64,000 nucleotides of DNA from a virus: positions 10,928-74,927 of IMG/VR virus record IMGVR_UViG_3300020469_000002; one strand, written 5' to 3'. Positions 39,550 through 49,359 of the stretch are shown piece by piece; positions within the stretch are counted from its first letter, which is position 1; each line of letters starts with the position of its first letter. The position numbers were made by a program, and so were the translations under genes. The notes beneath the pieces were generated by a model, which had not been told where the DNA came from, did no database searches, and saw nothing but the letters and a program-made list of their open reading frames with translations.

Positions 39550-41019
39550 TTAGGCGACCATCATCGCTTCAATCTTTCGCAGATCTTCGAGATCGCGAAC
39601 ATCCATCGTGTGTTCGATCTCGATGGAAAGCTGCTCTCGATACGCGATTCGTCTCGACTTCCATTGTGAGCGAAACGGTCCCGGGTCAACAATCTCAATG
39701 ACGAGCGGAGGTCTTTTGTCCGCAGCCTTTCGAAGCACGCGTCCTACTCTTTGAATCGCTCGACCTGCGGCACGCCCGGTACTTGCGTTGATCAGAGTGT
39801 CGAGCACCGGGACATCGAGACCTTCATCTGCAAGCTGAGTCGCGACGGCGACCTGTATTCGCCTCTCTCTGAGGGCGCGTAGTGCTCCCTCTCTTTGAGT
39901 CTTCGAGACGGAACTCGAAAGCGCAACAGCGGAGACTCCGCGCTCACAGAGGGTAGTGGCAAGCGAGTGCGCGAGAGCCTTTCTCGGTACGAGCAGAAGA
40001 ACGGTTCTTCCGTTTGATGCAGCAGACTTTGCCAGTCCAGCCAGTAGCTCGTTTCTTCCCTCGTCTTCGCAAAGAGCCGACACCGCACTGCTCATGTTCA
40101 ATCGACCAGAACGATTTGTGTGATCGTCGAAGTTTATCGGGACACGAGTGATGACGGCTATGATAGACGGCTTGACAAGATGTCCGAGATTGAGCAGATC
40201 GGATGTCGTCATTCCGTAAAGCTCAGGCCCGATGACGAGTGGAAGTGCGAACGTCCAGCCGTCTGCTCTTTCTGGTGTCGCTGTCAGACCCCACCTGAAT
40301 CGAGCGGAACAGTTTTCGAAGACCGCTCGAAATGTACTCGCGGGAGCATGATGGCACTCGTCCAGCAAAACGCACCCGGCACTTTGCAGCAGAGCGTGAG
40401 AAGCGCGCCCTGCATTATGAATCGCTTGAACCATGACAACGGCGATCTCACCGGGCTTCAGCGGTCGAAATGACTGATGTGTTCGAACTTTTCGACCGTA
40501 CAGCTTCGAGAACGTGTCTGCCCACTGCATCGCGAGATCAATCGTGTGGACAATAACGATCGTTGATTCTCCGGTCATCAGAACCGCAGCACAGCCCAGC
40601 ACCGTCTTCCCTGCTCCACACGGAAGACGGACATAGCCCTGCACTCGTTGAATCATAGAGTTGACCGCCTCTTTTTGGTACGGTCTGAGATCGATCGACA
40701 GTTCTTCCATCGAGAGCGTTGAGCCACGAGAAGACATGGTTTCGTTGATGAATCGCAGCGAGACCCCGCAGCGGTCTGCAACTCTTCGGAGGATGTCCAA
40801 AGCGCCTCTTGCGATTCGCAAAATCGAACCATCACTTCGAGCGAAAGAAACTCGATGCGGAATGTTGTGTGTCCTGACGTTCATCGCAGATCGCTTCACA
40901 TGATCTGGATTATCGAAAGTGAGTAACTGACGAAGCGTCTGCTCCATGCTGGTTGGGAGATCTTGTCGCGCGATCTCGAACTCGCTTCCGACCCGTACCT
41001 CAACTTCTTTCGTGAACAT
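39550..41019 (-). CDS. Superfamily 2 helicase (XPB/UvsW-like)
   Basis: LRPYQ, LPCGAGKT, DECHH, GLTATPER, EGLDVP, QRVGRVLR. Confidence 0.92.
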   Translation of the reverse strand: MFTKEVEVRVGSEFEIARQDLPTSMEQTLRQLLTFDNPDHVKRSAMNVRTHNIPHRVSFARSDGSILRIARGALDILRRVADRCGVSLRFINETMSSRGSTLSMEELSIDLRPYQKEAVNSMIQRVQGYVRLPCGAGKTVLGCAAVLMTGESTIVIVHTIDLAMQWADTFSKLYGRKVRTHQSFRPLKPGEIAVVMVQAIHNAGRASHALLQSAGCVLLDECHHAPASTFRAVFENCSARFRWGLTATPERADGWTFALPLVIGPELYGMTTSDLLNLGHLVKPSIIAVITRVPINFDDHTNRSGRLNMSSAVSALCEDEGRNELLAGLAKSAASNGRTVLLLVPRKALAHSLATTLCERGVSAVALSSSVSKTQREGALRALRERRIQVAVATQLADEGLDVPVLDTLINASTGRAAGRAIQRVGRVLRKAADKRPPLVIEIVDPGPFRSQWKSRRIAYREQLSIEIEHTMDVRDLEDLRKIEAMMVA

Positions 41020-41147
41020 AGGCGACACCACCTGCAAATGCGAGGACACGTGCCTTGCAGGCGATGTCGCCCAGTGCGATGACTATAGCGTATCGCGACA
41101 TCGATCGCACAGTGCGAAACGCTCACCCACGCGCTATGAAGTAGAAA

Positions 41148-41179
41148 GCGCGTCGAGGGTCAGACACCCCTCGACGCGC
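41148..41179. repeat. Perfect 12-bp inverted repeat between the divergent helicase and primase genes
   Basis: GCGCGTCGAGGG-TCAGACAC-CCCTCGACGCGC. Confidence 0.85.
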
Positions 41180-41207
41180 AAGCCCGAGAACCAAGGAAGC
41201 AGTAGCA

Positions 41208-43466
41208 GTGACTTCAGTGAGAGAGAACACGGTTCCCGAACAGATTGAACCGTATCAAGAGCGCAGCATCGCGTCCAGCCTTGTTGCTATTGCAGACGGT
41301 CGAAACGCAGCAGCGGTCGGGTTGAAGGCGTTTCTGTGGGTATGCGCGATCGCTAAGAGAGCGGACTGGCAGAAGACATCCTGCGGCTTGATGATGGAGC
41401 TTTGCCCGGCGTATCTTCGAACAATCGAGGGCGTGACTCAATGGGCGGGAAGGTGTGGCTGGAACGCCGCTCGTGATCTTCTCAAATGGCAGGAGATTCA
41501 GCCCGATAGAGCCAGAGAGCTTGGAGCAGAGCTTAGATTCGTCGGCAAAGGCAGAAGAAGAGGTCGACTGATCCTGCTTTCGGAAGAGCAGCTTCGAAAC
41601 ATCGAGACTGCCCACACAAAACTGAAGCGTCTCGAATCCTCTCACGAATGTGAGAACGAAACCGACAACTCTTGCAGACTGGAGCACGTAGCGAATCTTC
41701 CTCGAAAAGAGCTTCTCAACAGGAGATCATTCGCTGTCTGCTGCCCCGCTCACAATGACGCTCACCCTTCACTGGTTGTTTGGCCGAACGCAGACAAGCG
41801 AACGGGCGGAGCACGTTGCATGGTGTGTGAGAGAGAAGGGCGGCCAGCTACTTGGGCGGTGAGGTTTGAAGATTCAGAAATCAAAATGTTTCGTCCGCGG
41901 GCAGCAGACTCTTGGTCGAGCATGTCAAGTCAGTCGAGCTTTTCCCTCTCTCGCAACAATAAAGACCCCCAAGCGAGCACAGCGCAGCAGATCACCCGCT
42001 CGCGTGTTGACTCTTTCGTCTCTACCCAAGAGAGCAGCGCGACACAGATCAACGCACTGATCGAGGGCTACACTCATGCAGATGGGTACTCGACTGCTCG
42101 AAGAGTGACCGGTCGGGCTCGCAGAGATCTGATCTCGACTCTGAAGTGGCACGATCAACGAAGTGCAGGTCCAGCGGCAAGCACTCGTGCCGCTATGCTT
42201 TGCTCGTTTATGATGGAAAACGAGAGTCGAGTCGAAATGCTGTGCCCGTCTCGGTTGATCTCTGTCTCGAATATGCGACCGACAGCAAGAGATCAGTTCG
42301 GCAAGCCAATCTCATGGAAAGCTGCTCGTCAACGATGGATCTTGCTCGACATTGACGACATCGATCTTTCCGCGTGCGATCTCGACAAGTGCGCTGAGAG
42401 AATCGCGAAAGTGGTCGAACAGAACGAGCACTGCTCTGGTCGCTCTGCGATTGTGCAGACCAGCCCGACCGGGCTTCAGGTGTGGTGTGAGTTGAGCCGC
42501 GTAAGACATTCACCAGAGAAGTGGCATCGACTTCCAGCCGTCGTTGACTGGTACAGCAGGCTTGGGGAGAAAGTGCTGAAAGCCGCCCGTAGCGAAAACG
42601 CAGACGGGGGCTATTTGGACATGTCAGCGTGTGCAGCGGGCAGATTCGGCAGACGACCCGGCTGGCGGCTCTATTCCGATGGCTCAGTCTTTCGAGCCCG
42701 ACTCCTGCTCACGGTTGATTTCAACCGCGACGTTCAGCCACCCGTCGTCGTCGAAGCATCGGCCGATGTCCCCTGCTTCTCGCATGTTGATGCTCGCGCT
42801 ACCGGCAGGAGCCCGTCGGTTGAGGCATTTGAAGTGCCACCATGCGTGCCATACTCTCGACAGAGTGTTCCACGGAAGTACGAAAGAGACTCGACCTTGG
42901 GAAAAGTGCAGAAGCACAGCCGCGAACCCACCCTCACGATTCCACTGATCGAGTCGAAGAGCTTGATGCTCGTGAAGGTTCGAGAGAGACCATCTTTTAG
43001 AACCGCAGTTCTTCGCTTCGAGCATGAAGGCGATCCCGCTCGAAATGGCGATGTAGTCGGGCGGCCCGGCAGAATCGTAGACAGCGACAAACTGTCCAGG
43101 GGCTTTCGTTTGTCGAATGATCCTCATGGTGGGAGGCGTTCGAACCACACACGCTCGTTTTTCCGCAACGTAGCGGGAGTGATGCCACTCCAAAAGCGAC
43201 TCAAACGCCTTCCCTCGGTTCGCGTGAGACCGCGACTTCACTACGACCGCCTCTTTCGTCGGCGCGCGACTCTCATTCCGTCCCCGTCAACGATGATCTG
43301 GCAGTTGACTGCGTTGCACAACCAAATCAGCTTCGCCCAGGTAGGACTTCGACCACCGCTGCCTGTTTTCCACTGTGAGCATGACTGCGGTGAGATTTCC
43401 AAGATCTGCGCGAGCCCGGCATTTGAGACCTCGAATCGATCGCAGTACAAATCCGCAAGCTCGTAG
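41208..43466 (+). CDS. Zn finger plus AEP/prim-pol-like protein; C-terminus overlaps two antisense genes
   Basis: CCPAHND..PSL...CMVC; LLDIDD; VQTSPTGLQVW; RRPG. Confidence 0.6.
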   Translation: MTSVRENTVPEQIEPYQERSIASSLVAIADGRNAAAVGLKAFLWVCAIAKRADWQKTSCGLMMELCPAYLRTIEGVTQWAGRCGWNAARDLLKWQEIQPDRARELGAELRFVGKGRRRGRLILLSEEQLRNIETAHTKLKRLESSHECENETDNSCRLEHVANLPRKELLNRRSFAVCCPAHNDAHPSLVVWPNADKRTGGARCMVCEREGRPATWAVRFEDSEIKMFRPRAADSWSSMSSQSSFSLSRNNKDPQASTAQQITRSRVDSFVSTQESSATQINALIEGYTHADGYSTARRVTGRARRDLISTLKWHDQRSAGPAASTRAAMLCSFMMENESRVEMLCPSRLISVSNMRPTARDQFGKPISWKAARQRWILLDIDDIDLSACDLDKCAERIAKVVEQNEHCSGRSAIVQTSPTGLQVWCELSRVRHSPEKWHRLPAVVDWYSRLGEKVLKAARSENADGGYLDMSACAAGRFGRRPGWRLYSDGSVFRARLLLTVDFNRDVQPPVVVEASADVPCFSHVDARATGRSPSVEAFEVPPCVPYSRQSVPRKYERDSTLGKVQKHSREPTLTIPLIESKSLMLVKVRERPSFRTAVLRFEHEGDPARNGDVVGRPGRIVDSDKLSRGFRLSNDPHGGRRSNHTRSFFRNVAGVMPLQKRLKRLPSVRVRPRLHYDRLFRRRATLIPSPSTMIWQLTALHNQISFAQVGLRPPLPVFHCEHDCGEISKICASPAFETSNRSQYKSASS
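42684..43241 (-). CDS. recU: RecU-like Holliday junction resolvase
   Basis: ANRGKAFES, RTPPT, PDY, MLEAK, LHEHQ..RL, GGFAAVLL. Confidence 0.8.
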   Translation of the reverse strand: MKSRSHANRGKAFESLLEWHHSRYVAEKRACVVRTPPTMRIIRQTKAPGQFVAVYDSAGPPDYIAISSGIAFMLEAKNCGSKRWSLSNLHEHQALRLDQWNREGGFAAVLLHFSQGRVSFVLPWNTLSRVWHAWWHFKCLNRRAPAGSASINMREAGDIGRCFDDDGWLNVAVEINREQESGSKD

Positions 43467-43576
43467 AAGACGAGATTCGTCGGGCTGGGGTAGTACAGAT
43501 GGGCCTTTTTGATCGGTCGAAGATTGTCTCTCAGTGATTCGAGAACAAAATCGGTAGGTTCTGGTACTTCTTTCAT
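43241..43576 (-). CDS. XRE-family HTH protein
   Basis: SNAGLAQILEISPQSCSQWKTG...PT. Confidence 0.7.
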   Translation of the reverse strand: MKEVPEPTDFVLESLRDNLRPIKKAHLYYPSPTNLVFYELADLYCDRFEVSNAGLAQILEISPQSCSQWKTGSGGRSPTWAKLIWLCNAVNCQIIVDGDGMRVARRRKRRS

Positions 43577-44058
43577 TGTTCCATTCCTTCGGCTCGCTCT
43601 GCGAGTCGAGCCACACGTCGCCGCACAGAAAACGGCGCACAGTTCAAACGGTCGCGAATCTCTCGCTCAGTCCAGCCTTCGACCCGAGCGCGTACTGCAT
43701 CGCGCTCGTCCTTGGTCGCAAGCTCCAAAACTCGTTGTGCTTCCACACCTGCTTCGATCTTCTTCTGAGAAGCGTTGCTGGGGTGCTCGTTGTCCAAATA
43801 CTCGGTCTCCGTCATTCTTCGACGACGTTGACGAAGAAGTGTGGTCGCAACAGCCCTGCACTGCCATGAAGCCCAGGTTGCCGCGTTGCTTCTCGACTCG
43901 TCGAACCTGCTGTGACACTCGACCAGTCGAACCACGAGGGACTGACGAACATCATCAACGTCCAGACGTTTTGATCGAGCCCAGTGAGCGGCGGTCCGCT
44001 CGACGATGTTGATCCTTGCGAGCCAGTAGACCCACGCTTCAGCGTTGCTCTCGCTCAT
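43573..44058 (-). CDS. Small sigma70-family (ECF-like) sigma factor
   Basis: Region 2-like DDVRQ...RFDESRSNAATW; region 4-like ERDAVRARVEGWTEREIRDRLN...VRRRV. Confidence 0.75.
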   Translation of the reverse strand: MSESNAEAWVYWLARINIVERTAAHWARSKRLDVDDVRQSLVVRLVECHSRFDESRSNAATWASWQCRAVATTLLRQRRRRMTETEYLDNEHPSNASQKKIEAGVEAQRVLELATKDERDAVRARVEGWTEREIRDRLNCAPFSVRRRVARLAERAEGMEQ

Positions 44059-44663
44059 CCGTCAATCTCCTTGTTCCAGTCGAACGCGACCTTGTGAACC
44101 AGATCTGGGTTTTCGTGAGGGCTCTTTCTGTACTCGTCGGTTCCGTCGTATTCGTGAGAACAGATGTTCAAGACCCAGGACTCTGTGGACCCCAGTGCTT
44201 TCCAGCCGTGTGCGACTCCAGGCGGCACACAAACAACTCGCGGGTTTCGCTGACTGTCGAGGACGAGTCTCGTAGCTTTGCCCGTTTGCAGATTGCACAG
44301 GCCCAGCAAGATGCGCCCTCGCAGCACGACGAAGCGGTCCGTCTGCTTTGAGTGAAGATGCCAGCCCTTGATCACTCCAGGCGCAGTCGTAGAAATGTAC
44401 GCTTGCCCAAACGTGGCTGCCATCTTGCCCATGAACGGGGTCAGAGCTTCGAGTGTCGTGAAAGATTCCTCAGCCCAGGACGCTCGATACAACTCTACGA
44501 GCGACCCGCGCTCGTCAAGATGCCAGCGAAGGGAGAAGGAGTAGTGCGTCTCGTCCCACGTCTCGTGTGGTTTCGGGATGTTGATTGGCTCCGTGAAGTG
44601 CTGCGAGTATCCATTCGCAAGCGCACGGCGCACAACAGATTCAGGTGGTTCATTCTCACTCAT
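44055..44663 (-). CDS. rmlC: dTDP-4-dehydrorhamnose 3,5-epimerase
   Basis: DERGSLVE, QAYIS..APGVIKGWHLH..QTD, VPPGVAHG. Confidence 0.88.
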   Translation of the reverse strand: MSENEPPESVVRRALANGYSQHFTEPINIPKPHETWDETHYSFSLRWHLDERGSLVELYRASWAEESFTTLEALTPFMGKMAATFGQAYISTTAPGVIKGWHLHSKQTDRFVVLRGRILLGLCNLQTGKATRLVLDSQRNPRVVCVPPGVAHGWKALGSTESWVLNICSHEYDGTDEYRKSPHENPDLVHKVAFDWNKEIDG

Positions 44664-45052
44664 TTTGTGTCCTCCTTTTGGATCGGTACAAGTTCGAGTG
44701 GGGGCGCGTACCCATGCACGCGAATCCACTCCTGACGCAAAGCGCCGTAGACTGCGCCCGAGACTGGTGCCCGAGACGCGTTTAGAACTCGCCACAGCGC
44801 GCCTACTGCGCTGCGACGCGTTGATCGAGTCGAGACAAGCGCAGACGCGTAGAACGCGCGCAGGCGAGCAGATAGCGCGTGCCATCGACGTGCAAAGAGA
44901 CAAGCGCGATCGACATCTTGACAAGTCATTCCATCATTTTCGTGAAGTGCGAGAACGATCGTCTCGATTGTAGATCCCACGAACTCCACGTCTCGGAGAG
45001 AGTGAAGAACCGCAAGCGCGTGCAAGAGTCGCACGCGCGTGTCCGTTTTCAT
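44660..45052 (-). CDS. Hypothetical protein
   Basis: ATGA coupling to rmlC; fills the gap after the VWA gene. Confidence 0.5.
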   Translation of the reverse strand: MKTDTRVRLLHALAVLHSLRDVEFVGSTIETIVLALHENDGMTCQDVDRACLFARRWHALSARLRAFYASALVSTRSTRRSAVGALWRVLNASRAPVSGAVYGALRQEWIRVHGYAPPLELVPIQKEDTK

Positions 45053-45062
45053 TTTCACGAAC

Positions 45063-46481
45063 TCAGGCGAGGGCACTGGCAACCTCTTTGTCGCTCGCAG
45101 TGTCCACATCGACAATCTCGTGAGCGAGCGAGCGAACAGCAGCAGACAGGGACCCGCCGCCAACCGTCAGTGCGTAGAGTCGCATCCCATTCTCGCGTGA
45201 TTCATCGAGTCGAGCAGACACCCCGGTGGGGACGGTCGCGTACCCGTCAGTGATCAGCACGAGGTCGGCCCGCTCTTGCTCGATTCCATGCTCGTGATCG
45301 AGTGCGTGCTTCAGTGCAGGTCCAAAGTCTGTTCCGCCGCCAAGTCGAGAGCGAGCGATCGACAAGATCATCTCCGCGCATCCCCCGGGAAGATCGCTCG
45401 TCCCGTCTGCTTTCAGCGTGTGTGACCATCGAACGCGAGTGTCGAATCCGATGACAGTGCAGGCGCGACCTTCTCGCTGCGCCATTCCAAGCACCGCGAT
45501 AGCGCACGCACTCGCGTATTGTTGACGGGTCATTCCGTCGCGAGCTTCGATCCCCATGCTGCCCGATTCATCGACACACACAACGACTGGCCCGCGACCC
45601 TGCGGCTCAGAGCCGGCCATCCGATACTGACGCATCTGCCCGCTTGCGAATCGAGCCATCGCGATTGCTTGCAGTGCGCGATTCGGAGACTTCAGCAGGG
45701 CAAGCTCGCTGGGAAGGGCGCGAGTGATGTTCCGCCCAACCTCGACGCCGATGATCTTGCTTCTCGCAGAAGTGCTGTCCATCTTGCGGTCTGCACTTGC
45801 GAGACGACGAAGACGACCGGCAAGCTCCAGCACCTTCTTCAGCCCTTCGTTCGAGCCCAGCATCGCAGCCAGCTCCAGTCTCGACGTGTCTTCTGCATCG
45901 TACTGAGCAGACTTGGTGCCCGTAGACGGTGCGAGAGTCTGAAGTGCCTCCGTCAACGATTCGACTTCACGAGCAGCGTCGTCCGACTCGACCCGCATGA
46001 TTGCTCGCGCCATGTCGCCCGCAGTCGCACTCGAATCGTCTCCCTTCTCCGCTGCTTCGAGCTTCATGTCTGCAACCATCGGCGCGATCTTCGAAAGCAT
46101 CCGAGCAGCAGCGACCGCAGCCATGTCTGCATCGTCTCGCGTCGTCGCGAGAAGTCGCGAGTCGTATCCGATAGCGTCGTGAATCATGTCCACGAACTCG
46201 GTGTCGGGAGCAGGGAAGTCAAGCTGCTCCGTCTCGCCCGAAAACATCATCGAGAAAACCTCGCACGCGATTCCGTCCGCGAGCGCTCGAACTCGGGCAG
46301 ACGAACCGCGCTCAGTCTCGTGCTGCTTGACCGCTGCGACTGCGAGCCCCTTCTCGACCGCCTTCACAGCGTCGCGAAGATCTGCGAGTCGAGCAGAGCG
46401 AATGGTGTACATGGCGTCCGACCAAGCACTGACTCTTCGGGTCAGTTGAGGTCGATTTCCGACTGTGAACTGGTAGGTCAT
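45063..46481 (-). CDS. VWA domain protein (ViaA-like)
   Basis: GPVVVCVDESGSM MIDAS, GGGTDF, DLVLITDG, ALPSELALL. Confidence 0.88.
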   Translation of the reverse strand: MTYQFTVGNRPQLTRRVSAWSDAMYTIRSARLADLRDAVKAVEKGLAVAAVKQHETERGSSARVRALADGIACEVFSMMFSGETEQLDFPAPDTEFVDMIHDAIGYDSRLLATTRDDADMAAVAAARMLSKIAPMVADMKLEAAEKGDDSSATAGDMARAIMRVESDDAAREVESLTEALQTLAPSTGTKSAQYDAEDTSRLELAAMLGSNEGLKKVLELAGRLRRLASADRKMDSTSARSKIIGVEVGRNITRALPSELALLKSPNRALQAIAMARFASGQMRQYRMAGSEPQGRGPVVVCVDESGSMGIEARDGMTRQQYASACAIAVLGMAQREGRACTVIGFDTRVRWSHTLKADGTSDLPGGCAEMILSIARSRLGGGTDFGPALKHALDHEHGIEQERADLVLITDGYATVPTGVSARLDESRENGMRLYALTVGGGSLSAAVRSLAHEIVDVDTASDKEVASALA

Positions 46482-46531
46482 AGTGTCCTCACAAGCGGCG
46501 ATAACGAAGCGCGATCGCTTCTCGCCTCTCA

Positions 46532-46560
46532 GTTATACAAGAGCGCGAATCCTAACGCAA
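46532..46560 (-). promoter_or_regulatory. Early promoter with AGAAGCGATCGC leader
   Basis: TTGCGT-N17-TATAAC. Confidence 0.7.
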
Positions 46561-46607
46561 GCGATTTTATACTCCTGCGTTAAGATTCTTCTCGCGCGAT
46601 CGTCCAG

Positions 46608-47804
46608 TCAGATTCGAAGGTCGATGTCGTTCATCGCCTTTCCGACTTCCTTCCTTTGAGCGTTCAGCTTGTCGATGACTTGCTTGACCGAGGGGTCGTC
46701 GAGATCGAGACTCGGGTTGGCTTCAATCTCTCGGATTGCTTGCTTGACCTTGATATTGAAAGCGCGACGAGCCTTCCGCTTGGGGCGACGAACATCATCG
46801 ACCTCATCCTTTCCAAACATGTCGAGCTTGTTTCGCTGAACCAACACTGCGTCGAGCAGCACTCGGGCTTCCAGCAAAGCAGAGTCAACGATAGTCGCGA
46901 TCGTCTTCCAAACCGTTGCTCGCTGCTCGTGGTGATCCCACACGCTGTCTGCGAGAATGAAGAGATCCTTGACAGTGGCGACTGCTCGCCCATCGAGGGC
47001 TGCGACTGCTTGAACCAGACGCATCTGAGCCATGTGACGACGATCACTGTAGACGACACCCTCGTCACCCAGCTTGCTTCGCACGTCAACGAGTGCGGTC
47101 AGAACATTGTCGGGGACATGAACCATCTTGCACGCGTCTTGAATCAGATCGCAGTCTCCGTCCATCAGTCGCTCAGTGAACTTGACCCCACCGTCGCGAG
47201 CGATTCGAAGGAGCGCCATGTTCTCGTTGCGAGTCTCGACATAGGGAGTCCAGTAGCGAAGCAAGAATCGATCGTACAATGCAGCGAGCGCGAGGTCGCC
47301 TTGCGGGTAGACGTTCGCAGCACCCACGACCATCTTCAGCGGGACATTGAGTCGCTGAGTGCCCTGCTTCATGCGACGCTCGTTGAGAATGGTGTTGAGG
47401 GTGACCAACATTTCCGCAGTCGCGTTGAAGATCTCGTCGAGGAATCCAAAGTGAGCAGTCGGCAGGTAGCCATCGACGTTGCGCTCGTAGACTCCAGTGA
47501 GCAGCTTCGCAGGGTTGTACGGCCCGAACACTTCGTCGGGGTTCGAGTAGGAGCCCAGCAGCGTCTCGAAGTATTCGCTCGATTCGACATCGAGACCGAT
47601 TGCCCGAGCGAACTCGGTGGCCATGAGCGACTTGGCAGTGCCGGGAACGCCAAGCAGCAGGGTGTGACAGTCTGCGAGGAGACTGATGCACAGTCCGTTG
47701 ACCTCGCGATCACGACCGACCAAGTTGGTCGCCATGTCATCGCGAACGGCGCGAAGTCGTCTCAGTGCTTCGGCTTGTGAGGGGCTGAAGGTCGGGGTGG
47801 TCAT
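46608..47804 (-). CDS. MoxR-family AAA+ ATPase (RavA-like)
   Basis: LLGVPGTAKS, EVFGP, GYLPTA, FLDEIF, ILNER, ALYDRFLLR, SDRR. Confidence 0.92.
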   Translation of the reverse strand: MTTPTFSPSQAEALRRLRAVRDDMATNLVGRDREVNGLCISLLADCHTLLLGVPGTAKSLMATEFARAIGLDVESSEYFETLLGSYSNPDEVFGPYNPAKLLTGVYERNVDGYLPTAHFGFLDEIFNATAEMLVTLNTILNERRMKQGTQRLNVPLKMVVGAANVYPQGDLALAALYDRFLLRYWTPYVETRNENMALLRIARDGGVKFTERLMDGDCDLIQDACKMVHVPDNVLTALVDVRSKLGDEGVVYSDRRHMAQMRLVQAVAALDGRAVATVKDLFILADSVWDHHEQRATVWKTIATIVDSALLEARVLLDAVLVQRNKLDMFGKDEVDDVRRPKRKARRAFNIKVKQAIREIEANPSLDLDDPSVKQVIDKLNAQRKEVGKAMNDIDLRI

Positions 47805-47868
47805 TGTCGTGTCCTCGATACTCAGGGTCGGTCGTGCGTTGGCGATGCAAGTCATCGATCGCCTTTCT

Positions 47869-47897
47869 GTTATACATTCGAGATAACCAGTAATCAA
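47869..47897 (-). promoter_or_regulatory. Early promoter
   Basis: TTGATT-N17-TATAAC with TG extension. Confidence 0.75.
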
Positions 47898-48021
47898 CGA
47901 GAATCGGCTTCTTTGTTTCCAACATCATCGAAAAGACTCGCCGATTCTGTGTTCTGAGAATCTTATTGCGGATACGATCTCGCGTGCGTCTGCTGAGATA
48001 GTCGCGATCGTCGCACCCAAG

Positions 48022-48056
48022 AAAGCAAACCGCCCACGATAAGCGCTCGTGGGCGG
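48022..48056 (-). terminator. Terminator after 48079-49206
   Basis: CCGCCCACGA/TCGTGGGCGG stem followed by TTTGCTTT on the minus strand. Confidence 0.65.
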
Positions 48057-48078
48057 TGAGATTCGACTCGCTGGCGAA

Positions 48079-49206
48079 TCAGAGCAGAGCTTCGAGCAAG
48101 GGAATCAGGGCTGCTCGCTTCTCTTCCATCGTCGAGTCCACGTGATCACCCGGGGCGAGTGCGTCGATCGCTTCATCGACCCGCTCTTCGCTGAGAGCGG
48201 CGACCTTCTCAGCAGTAGTCAGCGGGGCTGCGGGAGCAGCAGCCGCCTTGCGACGCTCACCCGACCGCTCGACCGCTTCAGCTTCGCATGTGTCCACAGC
48301 TTCTCGTGCCCGAAGTCGCATCGACTCGATCCGCTCGCGCAGATCATCGAGCTTGAACTCCAGAGCAGCCTCGTATGCTTCTGCTCGCTCGTGCAGATCC
48401 TCGAATGTGTCGAAGACGCCCTGCTCTGACTTGTGAGAGACGCGACGCGACATCTGCTCCCAGCCTTCGATCTTTTCGAGCAGCTTGTCGAGGTCGTTGG
48501 TCATCGACTCCTTCGCGTCTTCTTGCAGCGCAGACTCCATGCCCATGCCCGGCGCGATTCCGGCGACAGTGAATCGAAAGTTGTCCAGCCCGTCGAGAAT
48601 CTGCTGCACGCGAGCCAGCTCTTCCTTGCCGCCCTTCGGCACGAAGTACATCGGCGCGCAGATTTCGAACGCCCCCGCGCGCTTCAGTGCGGGCTTGACG
48701 ACCATGGCGCGAACCTCGTTTCCGTCGAAGTACGTTTGCATGTGCAGAATCTTCTTCCGAAGCGTCTCTGCGAACTCGCTGACGCCGGGGTCAGTCCAGC
48801 CCTTGTTGTCGCGGTCCCAGATCAGCGTCTCAGTTTGACCCTTGTTGATCGTCCGAGCACCCAGTCGCTCGTGTCGAAGCACTCCGATGATGATCTCGCT
48901 GTCGGTCGTCGTGACGACTTCAGCCTTCACGCGGGCTCGCTCGACCGTCTTCTGCTTGCCCTTGATGACAGTCTGCACAGTCTCCGTCATGCGAAAGTTC
49001 CGCACAGCAGCCTTCAACGCGCTCTCGGGGTCGATGTCGGGGATGCAGTCTCCGTCGAGACCGGCAGCGACGCATCGAAGACGAAGCGTATCGGGCTCGA
49101 CGGCGCAGTTGTGGAACTTGTGGTAGACCTGATAGCCAAGTGCTTGGGCGAGAGATTCGACGACTGAGTTAGCGCGGGAGTCAGTCTGAACTTCGGGTGC
49201 AGTCAT
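48079..49206 (-). CDS. Hypothetical protein (DUF6744-like, AAA/VWA-associated)
   Basis: MYFVP and AEAYEAALE...L motifs with C-terminal coiled coil; own promoter and GAGGACAC motif. Family name is from recall. Confidence 0.6.
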   Translation of the reverse strand: MTAPEVQTDSRANSVVESLAQALGYQVYHKFHNCAVEPDTLRLRCVAAGLDGDCIPDIDPESALKAAVRNFRMTETVQTVIKGKQKTVERARVKAEVVTTTDSEIIIGVLRHERLGARTINKGQTETLIWDRDNKGWTDPGVSEFAETLRKKILHMQTYFDGNEVRAMVVKPALKRAGAFEICAPMYFVPKGGKEELARVQQILDGLDNFRFTVAGIAPGMGMESALQEDAKESMTNDLDKLLEKIEGWEQMSRRVSHKSEQGVFDTFEDLHERAEAYEAALEFKLDDLRERIESMRLRAREAVDTCEAEAVERSGERRKAAAAPAAPLTTAEKVAALSEERVDEAIDALAPGDHVDSTMEEKRAALIPLLEALL

Positions 49207-49281
49207 TGTAGTGTCCTCACATTCGTGCATTTTCGCGAGTCAATCGGGCGGCGTCTTTCGCTGCTCGCTTCTCGCACTTAG

Positions 49282-49310
49282 ATAATGCTCTGCTGATAAT
49301 CCTAAATCAA
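49282..49310 (-). promoter_or_regulatory. Early promoter
   Basis: TTGATT-TAGGATTATCAGCAGAG-CATTAT; spacer nearly identical to that at 58152. Confidence 0.7.
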
Positions 49311-49359
49311 CACGATTTCGCCAAATACTATGAAATGGAACGTGTCGATTAGCTGAGAA

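Noticed and set aside
35962-49167. Long + strand ORFs such as 35962-36870, 38362-39396, 45519-46583, 46656-47780 and 48433-49167
   Set aside because: Antisense shadows of well-supported minus-strand genes, without motifs.
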